DNA of 64,000 nucleotides from Escherichia coli (GTDB lineage Bacteria; Pseudomonadota; Gammaproteobacteria; Enterobacterales; Enterobacteriaceae): NCBI RefSeq assembly GCF_051903065.1, contig NZ_CP178438.1; one strand, 5' to 3'. Shown piece by piece: positions 14,301 to 24,677 of this stretch (position 1 is its first letter; each line of letters starts with the position of its first letter). The notes under the pieces were generated by a model. It saw only the letters and a program-made list of their open reading frames with translations, ran no database searches and was not told where the DNA came from. The position numbers and the translations under genes were made by a program.

Positions 14301-16448
14301 TTACGCCAGTGCCGCTTCGCGCAGGCGAGTTTTCAACTTGTTGTACTCGTCAATCACGTACTGCTCGGCGGCGCGCTGATCGGCGATCGGCTCGACGCGC
14401 ACGGCGCAGTATTTGTATTCCGGCGTTTTCGTAATCGGGCTTAAGTTTTCGGTAACCAGCTCGTTACAGGCACCAATCCACCACTGGTAGGTCATGTAAA
14501 TCGCCCCTTTGTTCGGACGATCGCTGACCTGCGCACGGGTGATAATTTTGCCTTTACGCGAGTGCACCCAAACCAATGCCTCATCTTCAATACCCAGACG
14601 TTTGGCGTCTTCGGTATTGATTTGTGCGTAGCCAGGTTCATCCGCCAGCGCCGCCAGTGCCGCACAGTTACCGGTCATCGAACGGCAAGAGTAGTGACCA
14701 ACTTCACGCACCGTTGACAGTACCATCGGGTACTCGTCGGTGAGTTTGTCGATTGGCGCTACCCAGTCGCAGGTGAAGAACTGCGCCAGACCGTTCGGGG
14801 TATCAAACTTCTCTTTAAACAGATAAGAAGTCCCCTGATCGGCATCTGAAGTATCGCGGCAAGGCCACTGAATGAAGCCCAGTTCGCCCATTTTCTCGTA
14901 AGTCGCACCGTAGAAATCCGGGCACAGATGACGCAACTCATCCCAGATCTCCTGGGTGTTGTTGTAGTGCATCGGATAACCCATACGGGTGGCGATTTCA
15001 CTGATGATTTGCCAGTCCGTTTTCAGATCCCATTTCGGTTCAACTGCTTTGAAGAAACGCTGGAAGCCACGGTCAGCCGCAGTAAACACGCCTTCATGCT
15101 CGCCCCACGACGTTGACGGTAAAATAACATCCGCCGCCGACGCGGTTTTGGTCATAAAGATGTCCTGAACGATAACCAGTTCCAGATCTTCAAAGGCTTT
15201 ACGTACTGCCGACAGCTCCGCGTCAGTTTGCAGCGGATCTTCGCCCATAATGTACGCGGCACGCACTTCGCCATGCGCTGCGCGGTGCGGCAGCTCGCTG
15301 ATGCGATAGCCGGTATGCGCTGGCAGGCTTTCCACACCCCAGGCTTTGGCGAATTTCTCGCGGTTAGCCGGATCTTTCACGTACTGGTATCCCGGATACG
15401 TATCCGGCAGCGCGCCCATATCGCAGGCACCCTGCACGTTGTTCTGACCACGAACCGGGTTTACACCCGCATGCGGCTTACCGAGGTTACCGGTCAGCAT
15501 CGCGAGGCTGGTCAGAGAACGCACGGTTTCCACGCCCTGGTAGAACTGGGTTACACCCATGCCCCACAGGATGGCGGCGCTTTTCGCCTGGGCATACATC
15601 CGTGCCGCCTGACGAATCTCACTGGCGCTGACGCCGGTGATATCTTCAACCGACTCCGGCGTGTAGCCTTCAACGATTTTACGATACTCTTCAAAGCCTT
15701 CTGTACGTGAAGCGACGAACGCTTTGTCGTACAGATTTTCTTCAATAATGACATGGCCCATCGCATTCAACAGCGCGATGTTCGAGCCGTTTTTCAGTGC
15801 AATGTGCATGTCAGCAATGCGCGCGGTTTCAATTTTGCGCGGATCGCAGACGATAATTTTCGCCCCGTTACGTTTAGCGTTAATTACGTGATTCGCCACG
15901 ATTGGGTGGGAATCCGCCGGGTTGTACCCGAAAACGAACACTAAATCGGTATTATCAATTTCGTTAATAGCATTGCTCATTGCGCCATTACCGACCGATT
16001 GGTGCAGACCTGCAACCGATGGGCCGTGTCAGACACGAGCGCAGCAGTCAACGTTATTGGTACCAATAACGGCGCGCGCAAATTTTTGCATTACATAGTT
16101 GGTTTCGTTACCCGTACCACGCGAGGAGCCGGTCGTCTGGATGGCATCCGGACCGTACTTCTCTTTGATGGCGCTCAGGCGCTCGGCAACGTAATTCAGT
16201 GCCTCATCCCAGGAAACAGGTTCGAGTTTGCCGCCACGCTGGCGACGGATCATGGGGGTTTTCAGGCGCGGGGTCAGGATCTGGGTATCGTTAATGAAAT
16301 CCCAGCCATAATAACCCTTCAGACACAGGGTACCCTGGTTGGTTTTCCCCTGCGCTGCCTCCGCCCGGACGATTTTGCCGTTATCGACGACCAGGTTGAT
16401 TTTGCAACCTGATGCGCAATAGGGGCAAACCGTGACGACTTTTTTCAT
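14301..16448 (-). CDS. fdhF: formate dehydrogenase H, selenocysteine-containing (in-frame UGA at 16029-16031 decoded as Sec)
   Basis: ORF track gives two in-frame pieces (139 aa MKKVVTVCPYCASGCKINLVV... ending CCARV, then 559 aa) separated by one TGA; SECIS hairpin immediately 3' of the UGA; total 715 aa. Confidence 0.93.
15985..16028 (-). other. SECIS element directing selenocysteine insertion at the fdhF UGA
   Basis: mRNA after UGA reads CACGGCCCAUCGGUUGCAGGUCUGCACCAAUCGGUCGGUAAUGGCG, which matches the classic fdhF SECIS as I remember it. Confidence 0.85.
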
Positions 16449-16499
16449 CGGTCTCGCTCCAGTTAATCAAATCACGCATACGCGCTCTCGACTACAGTA

Positions 16500-16515
16500 T
16501 GCATCTTTTATGCCA
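16500..16515 (-). promoter_or_regulatory. sigma-54 (-24/-12) promoter of fdhF
   Basis: Minus strand reads TGGCATAAAAGATGCA with GG and GC spaced as in TGGCAC-N5-TTGCA; about 50 bp upstream of fdhF ATG. Confidence 0.7.
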
Positions 16516-16645
16516 CATTTTATTTGGGGTCATTCCCTGATATTACGGGCACTATTTATTCAAAACTCTGACGAAAAACAGGCTGTCGTCAGTTTTGACG
16601 TGACGAAACGAAATACCGCGTGACAGCCATCACGCGGCAGACATT

Positions 16646-18112
16646 TTATTTTTTCTCGACGACGGGAGCCGCCTGATACCCGCCGCCCAGCGATTTCATC
16701 AACTGAATGCTTTGGATCACCCGGCGGCTGTCCAGCATCAGTAATGACATCTCTTCGGCAAGTACTGGCAACCGGGCTTCAGTGGCCTGTAAGCGGCTGG
16801 TTAAGCCGCGCTGATAGGCGGCCTCGGCAGCGCGCTGGGTGAAGCGCGTGGCTTCCACGCGTTCAGCCTGCATTTCTCGCTCGTCGTTGAGCGTTTGCAG
16901 ACGCGTGCCGTTGACGGCAACGTCACGCACCGCGTTCAGTACTGACTGGTTGTAACGTTCAATCATCATGTTGCTGGTGGCGCGCGTGCCTTCGAGATTG
17001 GCATTCAACCGTCCACCGTCAAACAGCGGCAATTTCAGACCCGGGATAAAGTTGAACTGGCGACTGGTTTTTTTGAATAAGGTATCCAGGTGGATGGCAT
17101 CAAGGCCGAAAAACGCTTTGATATCAAAGCTCGGGTAGAACAACGCCCGCGCGGAATCCACCTGATCTAATGACGCCTGAACATACCAGCGCATGGCTTG
17201 CAGATCCGGGCGTCTGGCGAGCAACTCATAAGAGAGTGTCGCCGGAATGCCGGTCTGAACTCGTGGTAATGCTACAGGTTTGATCTCCGGCATATCGCTG
17301 GCTCCCGCGCCAATCAATGCACGCAGAGATTCTCGCGTTTCGGTGATTTGCCCTTTGACGGCAGCAATTTGTTTATCGACCGCCAGAATCTGTGCCCGCG
17401 CGCCGTGGAAAGGCACTTGCGCTTCCAGACCTTGCGCCACTTTACTCTGGTGCGCTTTCACCGCGTAATCAATCACATCGCGAGTTTGTTCTAACAGATC
17501 GAGCATCTGATAGCTGGCCTGCATACTGTAATAAAGCTGCGCTACGCCCGTGGTCAGCGATAGCTCTACTGCTGCGGTTTCTGCCAGCGCGGCATTATGC
17601 GCGCCAATGGCGGCGGCAACCGCTGAGCGATGCACACCCCACAAATCAAGATCCAGTCCGGCAAACAAACCTACTGTGGCTTCCGTATAGTACGGCCCGT
17701 CCATACCCAGTGCTGGCGCATCCATCGCATAAGGGCTTAAAAAGCCGTTCGCCGAGACGCGTTGGCGGTTGAGCATCCCTAACGCTGCGACCTGTAATTG
17801 TGAACCGGCATCTAACAAATCGGCCTGGGACTGCGCTTTTTCTTCCCGCAGTTTCGCTTCGGCGAGGGTGTGTGAACCACTTAGCGTCCGTTGGATCAGC
17901 GCATCCAGCTGCGGGTCATTGAGTTGTTTCCACCACTGCGCCTGCGGCCAGCCGGAGCTGGCAAGATGAATATCATCGGCCAGTTTGATTTGTTCCGGTT
18001 TGAGCTGTTGATGAGGCGCAGAATCCTTGCGTACCAGGGCACAGCCGGAAATCAGCGTCGTGCTGCCGAGAATGCTGCACAACAGCAGACGTGAAAGTTG
18101 ACGATTGATCAT
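16646..18112 (-). CDS. mdtP: outer-membrane efflux channel MdtP (NodT/OMF lipoprotein)
   Basis: 488 aa; lipobox LISGC; overlaps mdtO stop. Confidence 0.92.
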   Translation of the reverse strand: MINRQLSRLLLCSILGSTTLISGCALVRKDSAPHQQLKPEQIKLADDIHLASSGWPQAQWWKQLNDPQLDALIQRTLSGSHTLAEAKLREEKAQSQADLLDAGSQLQVAALGMLNRQRVSANGFLSPYAMDAPALGMDGPYYTEATVGLFAGLDLDLWGVHRSAVAAAIGAHNAALAETAAVELSLTTGVAQLYYSMQASYQMLDLLEQTRDVIDYAVKAHQSKVAQGLEAQVPFHGARAQILAVDKQIAAVKGQITETRESLRALIGAGASDMPEIKPVALPRVQTGIPATLSYELLARRPDLQAMRWYVQASLDQVDSARALFYPSFDIKAFFGLDAIHLDTLFKKTSRQFNFIPGLKLPLFDGGRLNANLEGTRATSNMMIERYNQSVLNAVRDVAVNGTRLQTLNDEREMQAERVEATRFTQRAAEAAYQRGLTSRLQATEARLPVLAEEMSLLMLDSRRVIQSIQLMKSLGGGYQAAPVVEKK

Positions 18113-20160
18113 TGTGTGGCTCCTTGTGCCTGTTCCGTGGCGGGCGTTAATGCCGGGGCTGTCCAGTCTGGCAAGCGGGCGAAAAGCTGGCAGACGTGTT
18201 GCTCCTGTTTTAATAAGGTGGGCAGGATGGCCTGCGAGGCGGGTGTCTCTTCAAGCGTTATTTGAGGAGAACGGCTGAGTGCGGTTGCCAGACCGGCAGC
18301 GTATTTTTCCAGAGCGTCGGCAAACTGACCTGCTCTGTCCGGCTGTAGTGCGTTATCCAGCGCCTGCGCCGAGTTCCAGGTGGCATCCCAGGCGTGAAGA
18401 AGATCGCGGCCCTGACGAATAACCGTTTGCGAACGTTCAATCAGTAAGGCGCGTTCTTCGCTGTCCAGTTGACGCTCCAGCGCCACGCGTTGGCACATCT
18501 CTTCACAGGCATTAAACGCCGCATGCAGACCTATACGAATTTGCAGATAAGTGCGCAGAGCCGTGACTTCCTGCTGGCGTGGGATCCGCATTACTTTACT
18601 TAACATACCCAGCGCGACAGCCAGTTTTTGCGGCAGCGTGCGCGCTTCACTTTCAGGCCAGACAAAGGTGTAAATCACCGCGGACACCACGGTACCAATG
18701 ATGATACCCAGGGCGCGATCGCGAATTTCCACCAGGTCGTACACCGGGCCAAAAACGTTTTCGAGCGTGGCGAGCGCGAAGGTAACCACCATCTGTGTGC
18801 CGATATAAGAAGAGCGTTCAGAGCTGGTGGCAATCCATGCGCCCAACAGGAAAATCGGTGCCAGCACAAACAGCAATTCGACAATATTGTCCAGCCAGGG
18901 CATGACCAGTAGCGTGAATAACAGCGCCAGAATCGCGCCGCAAAAGGCCCCGCCAAAACGCAGCACCATCTTCTGGTACGATGAACCGACATTCGGATTA
19001 GCGACGATCACGCAGGTCAGCATACAGGTGTGAATGCCTTCCCAGTCCACGCCGCTGTAGAAGGTGTAACAGATCAAACAGGCGAGCAGCGTTTTTACCG
19101 CGTAGCGCATATAGTCTGGATTGGTAAAAGCATCGGCGGCCATTGATGGCGGTTTGGCTGCGGGCGTTGGCGGCGTATTCGGGTCCATCTGACCAAGCTG
19201 TAACAGTGTCTGGCAGATATTCTCCAGGTTACATTCCCGTGCCGCCATCGCTTCACTTTCACTGATCCGCCAGTGGCTTTGCCAGCACTGACCTTCGGTA
19301 ATGGCATGCTGCAGCTTGTTGATTTCTGAAGCTAATTTTTGTCGGAATTCAATAATTGCCTGAGAATCAGCAAAAGAGGTGGGATCGTAGCGATTCAGCG
19401 TCGAGTAAATGTAGGTTACCGTTGCCACGCAGCTTTGCCACCATGCACTCTGGGTTCGCCAGTTGGCATCGTCCGCGAGGCAAAAGACATTGAGTTTTTG
19501 CAGCGCCAGCGCCTCTCTTTCAATCCGCGTTTCGGGTAGCGGTGCGAGGCTGTCCGTCAGGTGGCTAATGGCATCATCAAGCCGATCATTAAGCACCTGA
19601 TGCATTTGCGAAATGGCACGACTGGGAAACCACAGCACGCCGATTAACGTCATCAGCAAGGTTGGATAGAGGCCAACAACGATACACCACAGCGTTAAGC
19701 GCACGACCACTTCCGGATAGTCGAGCATGGCGGGGAAGGTTTGCCCGTAAATAGCGACAATGGCGACGGCGAAAAAGACCAGCCCCAAGCGATGGGTGCG
19801 CATCAAAAACATGCAGCCCATCAGGATCGGTCCGGCGATGATCAAGCGGATCAACGGTTCGCCGTATGACCATTTGTAGATCAAAAACAGGCTGCCGATC
19901 TCCAGCACCGTGGCAACCACAAACAAGATCGCGACAAATTTGGTGTAAAACGCGTTCGACTGAATACCGTAAAACAGCACTGCCAGCGATAACGCCACAA
20001 AAGGGATCTCAAAAGTCATCGAGATCAGAATCACCAGCAGGCAGCCTACCCAGAGTTGCACGGTCTGCGGCACGCGACCTGGTCGCCGCTCGCTTAACTC
20101 TTCATGAAAGAACGCCAGCAGCCTGACCACCGGTAATGGCAGGGAGTTGAGCGCGCTCAT
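18109..20160 (-). CDS. mdtO: aromatic-acid-exporter-like inner membrane protein MdtO
   Basis: 683 aa FUSC-like membrane protein; middle gene of mdtNOP. Confidence 0.92.
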   Translation of the reverse strand: MSALNSLPLPVVRLLAFFHEELSERRPGRVPQTVQLWVGCLLVILISMTFEIPFVALSLAVLFYGIQSNAFYTKFVAILFVVATVLEIGSLFLIYKWSYGEPLIRLIIAGPILMGCMFLMRTHRLGLVFFAVAIVAIYGQTFPAMLDYPEVVVRLTLWCIVVGLYPTLLMTLIGVLWFPSRAISQMHQVLNDRLDDAISHLTDSLAPLPETRIEREALALQKLNVFCLADDANWRTQSAWWQSCVATVTYIYSTLNRYDPTSFADSQAIIEFRQKLASEINKLQHAITEGQCWQSHWRISESEAMAARECNLENICQTLLQLGQMDPNTPPTPAAKPPSMAADAFTNPDYMRYAVKTLLACLICYTFYSGVDWEGIHTCMLTCVIVANPNVGSSYQKMVLRFGGAFCGAILALLFTLLVMPWLDNIVELLFVLAPIFLLGAWIATSSERSSYIGTQMVVTFALATLENVFGPVYDLVEIRDRALGIIIGTVVSAVIYTFVWPESEARTLPQKLAVALGMLSKVMRIPRQQEVTALRTYLQIRIGLHAAFNACEEMCQRVALERQLDSEERALLIERSQTVIRQGRDLLHAWDATWNSAQALDNALQPDRAGQFADALEKYAAGLATALSRSPQITLEETPASQAILPTLLKQEQHVCQLFARLPDWTAPALTPATEQAQGATQ

Positions 20161-21191
20161 TATTGTGGCTCAAGGTTAGCGACTGCCGAAGCGCCGATGC
20201 GGAACATTTCCGGGTCAGGTTTATCAACCATGATTTTGACCGGAAAACGCTGGGCAACGCGGACCCAGTTAATAGAACGTGATACTTTCGGCAGACCGCC
20301 CAGCACCAGGCCGCCGTCATCCGGCAGTACGCCGTAGCCAATAGAATCCACTTTACCTTCAAAGGTTTTGCCGCTGTCGCTCATCAGGCGAATGGTTGCA
20401 GGCGTACCAGCATGAATGTTTTTCAAATCGGTTTCGCGGAAGTTAGCGATAACGTACCAGTGACGAGTGTCGATTAGGGTAAAAATAGGGCGCATGGCAG
20501 AAGCAAATTGCCCGACGGAGGTTTTGAGGGAAATGACCCGGCCATCAAACGGCGCGCGAACGGTCGCCATTTCCAGATGCAGTTTGGTCAGGGCAATATC
20601 CGCTTCGACCGCCGCACGTTGCGCCACCAGTGCATCGACGCCGCTGACGGCGCTGGCGGCTGACTGTGCCTGTAACAATACGGCATTAAGATCGGCTTCT
20701 GCCGCGCGCTGCGCCGTTCTTGCGCGGTCAACATCTTCTGCAGAAACAAAACCTTCTTTCAGCAGCGGCTCGGTGCGACGTAATGTATCGCTGGCCTGTT
20801 TCGCGGCAGCACGGGCTTTTTCTACCGTGGCATTAACCGAGTCGGCACCAAACTGTTGCGCGTCAACGCTACGCTGGGTGAGCATAATTTGCTTATCCAG
20901 TGCCGCGAGGGAGGCTTCAGCTTTCGCCAGATTGGCTTCGTACGGGCGCGGGTCGATGCGGAACAGCAAATCTCCCTGTTTCACCGCCTGGTTGTCGGTG
21001 ACCGCCAGTTCTACAATGCGGCCGCTGACTTCCGGCACCACATCAATGGTATCTGCTGACGCGTAAGCGTCATTAGTTGATGGCGCACTGTCTACGCGCC
21101 AGATAACGAAAACAAGGGCAACCAGCGCCAACGCAACCACTAACAGAGCAGGGAATTTACTGCGAGGAGCTTTTTTCGGCGTACTTTCCAT
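20160..21191 (-). CDS. mdtN: membrane fusion protein MdtN (HlyD family)
   Basis: 343 aa; N-terminal TM anchor then coiled-coil/lipoyl-like periplasmic domain. Confidence 0.92.
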   Translation of the reverse strand: MESTPKKAPRSKFPALLVVALALVALVFVIWRVDSAPSTNDAYASADTIDVVPEVSGRIVELAVTDNQAVKQGDLLFRIDPRPYEANLAKAEASLAALDKQIMLTQRSVDAQQFGADSVNATVEKARAAAKQASDTLRRTEPLLKEGFVSAEDVDRARTAQRAAEADLNAVLLQAQSAASAVSGVDALVAQRAAVEADIALTKLHLEMATVRAPFDGRVISLKTSVGQFASAMRPIFTLIDTRHWYVIANFRETDLKNIHAGTPATIRLMSDSGKTFEGKVDSIGYGVLPDDGGLVLGGLPKVSRSINWVRVAQRFPVKIMVDKPDPEMFRIGASAVANLEPQ

Positions 21192-21209
21192 GAGCGCGTC
21201 TCAAATAGA

Positions 21210-21485
21210 TTAGAAAAATGCCAGCCAGAACAGCATGGCGTAGAGAGCAAAAAGGGCGGTATAAATAATTCCGACAAATGCCAGATTGATATTTGTCCGC
21301 TGAATAATTCGCCTCGTGATGAGCGTCAAAATAAGGCTGGCAATGGCGCAGAAAAACCAGCTGGGATAATAAGCGCCGATCACCGGGATTGCCGGAGATA
21401 ATGAACATCCCGAAACCATGAAGACGGGAATTATCCAGGCTGTTTTTTTGAGTTGCATCGCCATGCGAGAGAGAACTGTTGGCAT
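21210..21485 (-). CDS. ytcA: small lipoprotein YtcA
   Basis: 91 aa from ATG 21485 (MPTVLSRMAMQLKKTAWIIPVFMVSGC lipobox); ORF track start 21533 is an upstream extension. Confidence 0.8.
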   Translation of the reverse strand: MPTVLSRMAMQLKKTAWIIPVFMVSGCSLSPAIPVIGAYYPSWFFCAIASLILTLITRRIIQRTNINLAFVGIIYTALFALYAMLFWLAFF

Positions 21486-21693
21486 ATTAAATACATCCTG
21501 TCTGCTGCGAACAATATCTGTAGTGAATATCACTATCCATTGAAGGCGTCAGTATGGCTATTTTCTTGATGAATAAAAATAGCTTTATTCAGCCACCGCA
21601 TTCATAACTTATATGTTTTATTTATTAATTGGCTGCATATATTTTTAAAGTAAATGCTTTTGGGGGCTTAAGCGCCCCCAAAAGTGAGTGGCA

Positions 21694-23679
21694 TTAATTT
21701 GGGGTTACGATATTTACCCACAAATCGAAATTATCCAGACAGGCAATAATTTCTTCCAGTTTCGCACCATTGCCAATAATTTTGGCTTTCTTCGCTTTTA
21801 CCAGATCCGCCATTTTGGCTTGTCCGGTCAGCACGGCGTGCAGATCTTCACGACTGATGTAGAAAGAGGCGTCAGCTTGGGATTGCAGCGTTTTACGGTA
21901 GTTAAGCACGCTATCGTTCAGCGTCAGGTTGAGGTTATCGCCGTTGCTCATATTGAAGTTCAGGCTGATATTTTTACCCGCGGCTTTTTCGCTATCGAGG
22001 CGAACGGACATAAAGTCGAACAGCATTTCGACCGACATTCCGCGAATGGTGTCCGGGGAACCGGTGGTGCCGTGGCTGAACTTATGCACCCCTTCGCGCA
22101 GCTCTTTCGCGCCGGTCAGGTAGAAACCGCGCCATGTGGCGGACTCGGCCTGATAGCCCAGCTGTTCAAAGTTATTCGCTTGCAGATTCTTCGCGACCTG
22201 GTCACCCGGGTTGGCGGCAATCACCTGTTTCAGCAGTTCTGCCGACCAGCGGTAATCACCTTGCTTGTTCGCTTCTTGCGCCAGGTTGATGACACGGGCA
22301 GAACCGCCCAGCGCTTTCACGTAACGTTTGCCCATCTCTACCTGACCATACGGATGCAGGTTAGCCGGGTTACCGTCGTAATAGCCAAGATAGAAGTTAT
22401 ACACCGCGCGGGCGTTGTGGCTGACAGAACCGTAATAACCGCGGCTGGCCCAGTTATTGGCAAGCGCAGGCGGCAGCTTAATCATGTCGCCGATTTCATT
22501 CATGGTGTAGCCCTGGTTCGCCAGATGCAGGGTTTGATCGTGAATATACTTGATGGTATCGCGATATTTACCAATATAATCATTGATATGCTTATTGCCC
22601 CAGACCGGCCAGGTGTGCGGCATAAACAGTACTTCCGCGTCGTTACCCCACATATCCAGCGTTTCGTTCAGGTACTCTGTCCACTTGCTGGTATCGCGGG
22701 TTTTCGCGCCGCGCAGAGTGTAGAAGTTGTGCAGGGTATGCGTGGCGTTCTCGGCGGTACACAGGGCTTTCAGGGCCGGAATATAGAAGTGCATTTCGGC
22801 TGGGGCTTCGCTGCCTGGGGTCATCAGGAAGTCAAACTCCAGGCCGTCGATAATCATCTTCTCGCCAGTTCTGACGATAGTTTTGGTTGGCGCAATAATG
22901 CTCGGGTCGCCGGTTGCCAGCGTCACGCCAAGGCCATTACCCACGTTGCCTTGCGCGTTGTGCGGCAGTAACAGACCGTAAGAGTAGAGCGCACGGCGGC
23001 TCATGATGTTACCCGCCAGCACGTTTTCGCTGATGGCTTCGTCCATAAAGCCAGCAGGGGCAATCACCTGAACTTTGCCGGATTTAACATCGGCTTCAGA
23101 GATAATACCTTTCACGCCACCATAGTGGTCAGTGTGGCTGTGAGTGTAAATAACGGCAACAATCGGTTTTTGCGGACGATGCTGGAAGTAAAGATCAAGT
23201 GCGGCTTTTGCGGCAGGCGGCGTCACCAGCGGGTCGATAACAATAATGCCTTTCTCGCCCTCAACGAACGTAATGTTAGAGATATCCTGGCCGCGCACCT
23301 GATACATTTTATCGGTGACTTTGAACAGGCCAGAAATGCCGTTGATCTGCGACTGACGCCACAGGCTGGGGTTTACGGTTTCCGGCGCAGCGGCATTAAT
23401 ATCAAATTTGTAATCGTCTGTGCGGTAGTAAACTTTACCGTTCGCATCACGCAGAATACCTTCATCCAGCAGCGGGGCGATAAATCCACGCTGGGCATCG
23501 TCAAAATCCTGACGATCGCTAAACGGTAATGATTTGGCGTAATTCTGATTAACCTGTTGGGTATATTGAGTGGCGGCTTTCGCTTCCTCTTTCGCGTTAG
23601 CGGTATTTACCATCATGCCGCTGGCGGCAGTTAACGCAATAACAATCCTGCTCAAACGGAATAACCGAGAGTTATTCAT
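21694..23679 (-). CDS. yjcS: putative alkyl/aryl-sulfatase YjcS (metallo-beta-lactamase fold)
   Basis: 661 aa from [11 protein letters not shown]; signal peptide; HSHTDHYGG metal-binding motif. Confidence 0.9.
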   Translation of the reverse strand: MNNSRLFRLSRIVIALTAASGMMVNTANAKEEAKAATQYTQQVNQNYAKSLPFSDRQDFDDAQRGFIAPLLDEGILRDANGKVYYRTDDYKFDINAAAPETVNPSLWRQSQINGISGLFKVTDKMYQVRGQDISNITFVEGEKGIIVIDPLVTPPAAKAALDLYFQHRPQKPIVAVIYTHSHTDHYGGVKGIISEADVKSGKVQVIAPAGFMDEAISENVLAGNIMSRRALYSYGLLLPHNAQGNVGNGLGVTLATGDPSIIAPTKTIVRTGEKMIIDGLEFDFLMTPGSEAPAEMHFYIPALKALCTAENATHTLHNFYTLRGAKTRDTSKWTEYLNETLDMWGNDAEVLFMPHTWPVWGNKHINDYIGKYRDTIKYIHDQTLHLANQGYTMNEIGDMIKLPPALANNWASRGYYGSVSHNARAVYNFYLGYYDGNPANLHPYGQVEMGKRYVKALGGSARVINLAQEANKQGDYRWSAELLKQVIAANPGDQVAKNLQANNFEQLGYQAESATWRGFYLTGAKELREGVHKFSHGTTGSPDTIRGMSVEMLFDFMSVRLDSEKAAGKNISLNFNMSNGDNLNLTLNDSVLNYRKTLQSQADASFYISREDLHAVLTGQAKMADLVKAKKAKIIGNGAKLEEIIACLDNFDLWVNIVTPN

Positions 23680-23969
23680 ATAAATCTCCATTTATCATTT
23701 ATGTCGTAAATATGTAATCCATGCAAAATACGTCATTTAAAGCTGGCGTTATCATAATTGGGAAATTGCGACTTTAATAAGTGGAAGTGTGAGCGGAACG
23801 ATCCATTTTATTAGGCATTTGTGCTGAAGAGGGAAAAGTACGGCATATTTATTACTATCATCAATAATGTGACCTGACTTATATTTTTATTATTTATATT
23901 ACTTTCAGCTTTCACTTCGACAAGAAGTACGCACAATGATTAATCAGATGAATGATGCGGAGTGTAACC

Positions 23970-24677
23970 ATGAAACCCGTCGTGCTGGTGGTGGATGATG
24001 ACACGGCTATCTGCGCACTGTTGCAGGACGTGTTAAGTGAACATGTCTTTACGGTTTCAGTCTGCCATACCGGACAGGAGGCCATATTGCGTATTGAGGG
24101 CGATCCTGACATTGCGCTGGTGGTGCTGGATATGATGCTACCCGATACCAACGGCCTGAGAGTATTGCAGCAAATCCAGAAACTGCGTCCGACATTGCCG
24201 GTGGTGATGTTGACCGGCATGGGCAGTGAGTCTGATGTGGTGGTCGGGCTGGAAATGGGCGCGGATGATTACATCTGCAAACCGTTCACCCCGCGGGTGG
24301 TGGTCGCACGACTGAAAGCGGTGTTGCGACGGGTTGGTGCGCTGGCGGTTAATGACGAGAAAAGCGCCGGGCTGTCATTCAATGGCTGGTATCTCGATAC
24401 CATGCGCTGCCAGTTGCACAATCCGCTTCAGCAACATGTCGAGTTAACTCAGGGCGAATATGGCTTGTTACTGGCTCTGGCGCAAAACGCGCGTCGGGTA
24501 TTGAGCCGCGAGCAGTTGCTGGCGTTCACCCACAGCGACAGCGTGGAGGTGTTTGATCGCACCATCGACGTATTAATCATGCGCTTACGACGCAAAATCG
24601 AACTCAACCCGCATCAGCCGATGTTGATTAAAACTCTGCGCGGTCTGGGGTATGTCTTCGCTGCCGACGTGCATTAA
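23970..24677 (+). CDS. OmpR/PhoB-family response regulator (island)
   Basis: Receiver domain (VVDDD, phospho-acceptor context VVLDMMLPD, KPF) plus winged-helix C-terminus (LRGLGYVF); GGAG Shine-Dalgarno 8 nt before ATG 23970. Confidence 0.85.
   Translation: MKPVVLVVDDDTAICALLQDVLSEHVFTVSVCHTGQEAILRIEGDPDIALVVLDMMLPDTNGLRVLQQIQKLRPTLPVVMLTGMGSESDVVVGLEMGADDYICKPFTPRVVVARLKAVLRRVGALAVNDEKSAGLSFNGWYLDTMRCQLHNPLQQHVELTQGEYGLLLALAQNARRVLSREQLLAFTHSDSVEVFDRTIDVLIMRLRRKIELNPHQPMLIKTLRGLGYVFAADVH

Noticed and set aside
14301-16448. fdhF as a pseudogene or two separate genes (ORF track pieces 14301-15980 and 16029-16448)
   Set aside because: The pieces are in the same frame, separated by a single TGA that is followed by a SECIS hairpin; this is selenocysteine recoding
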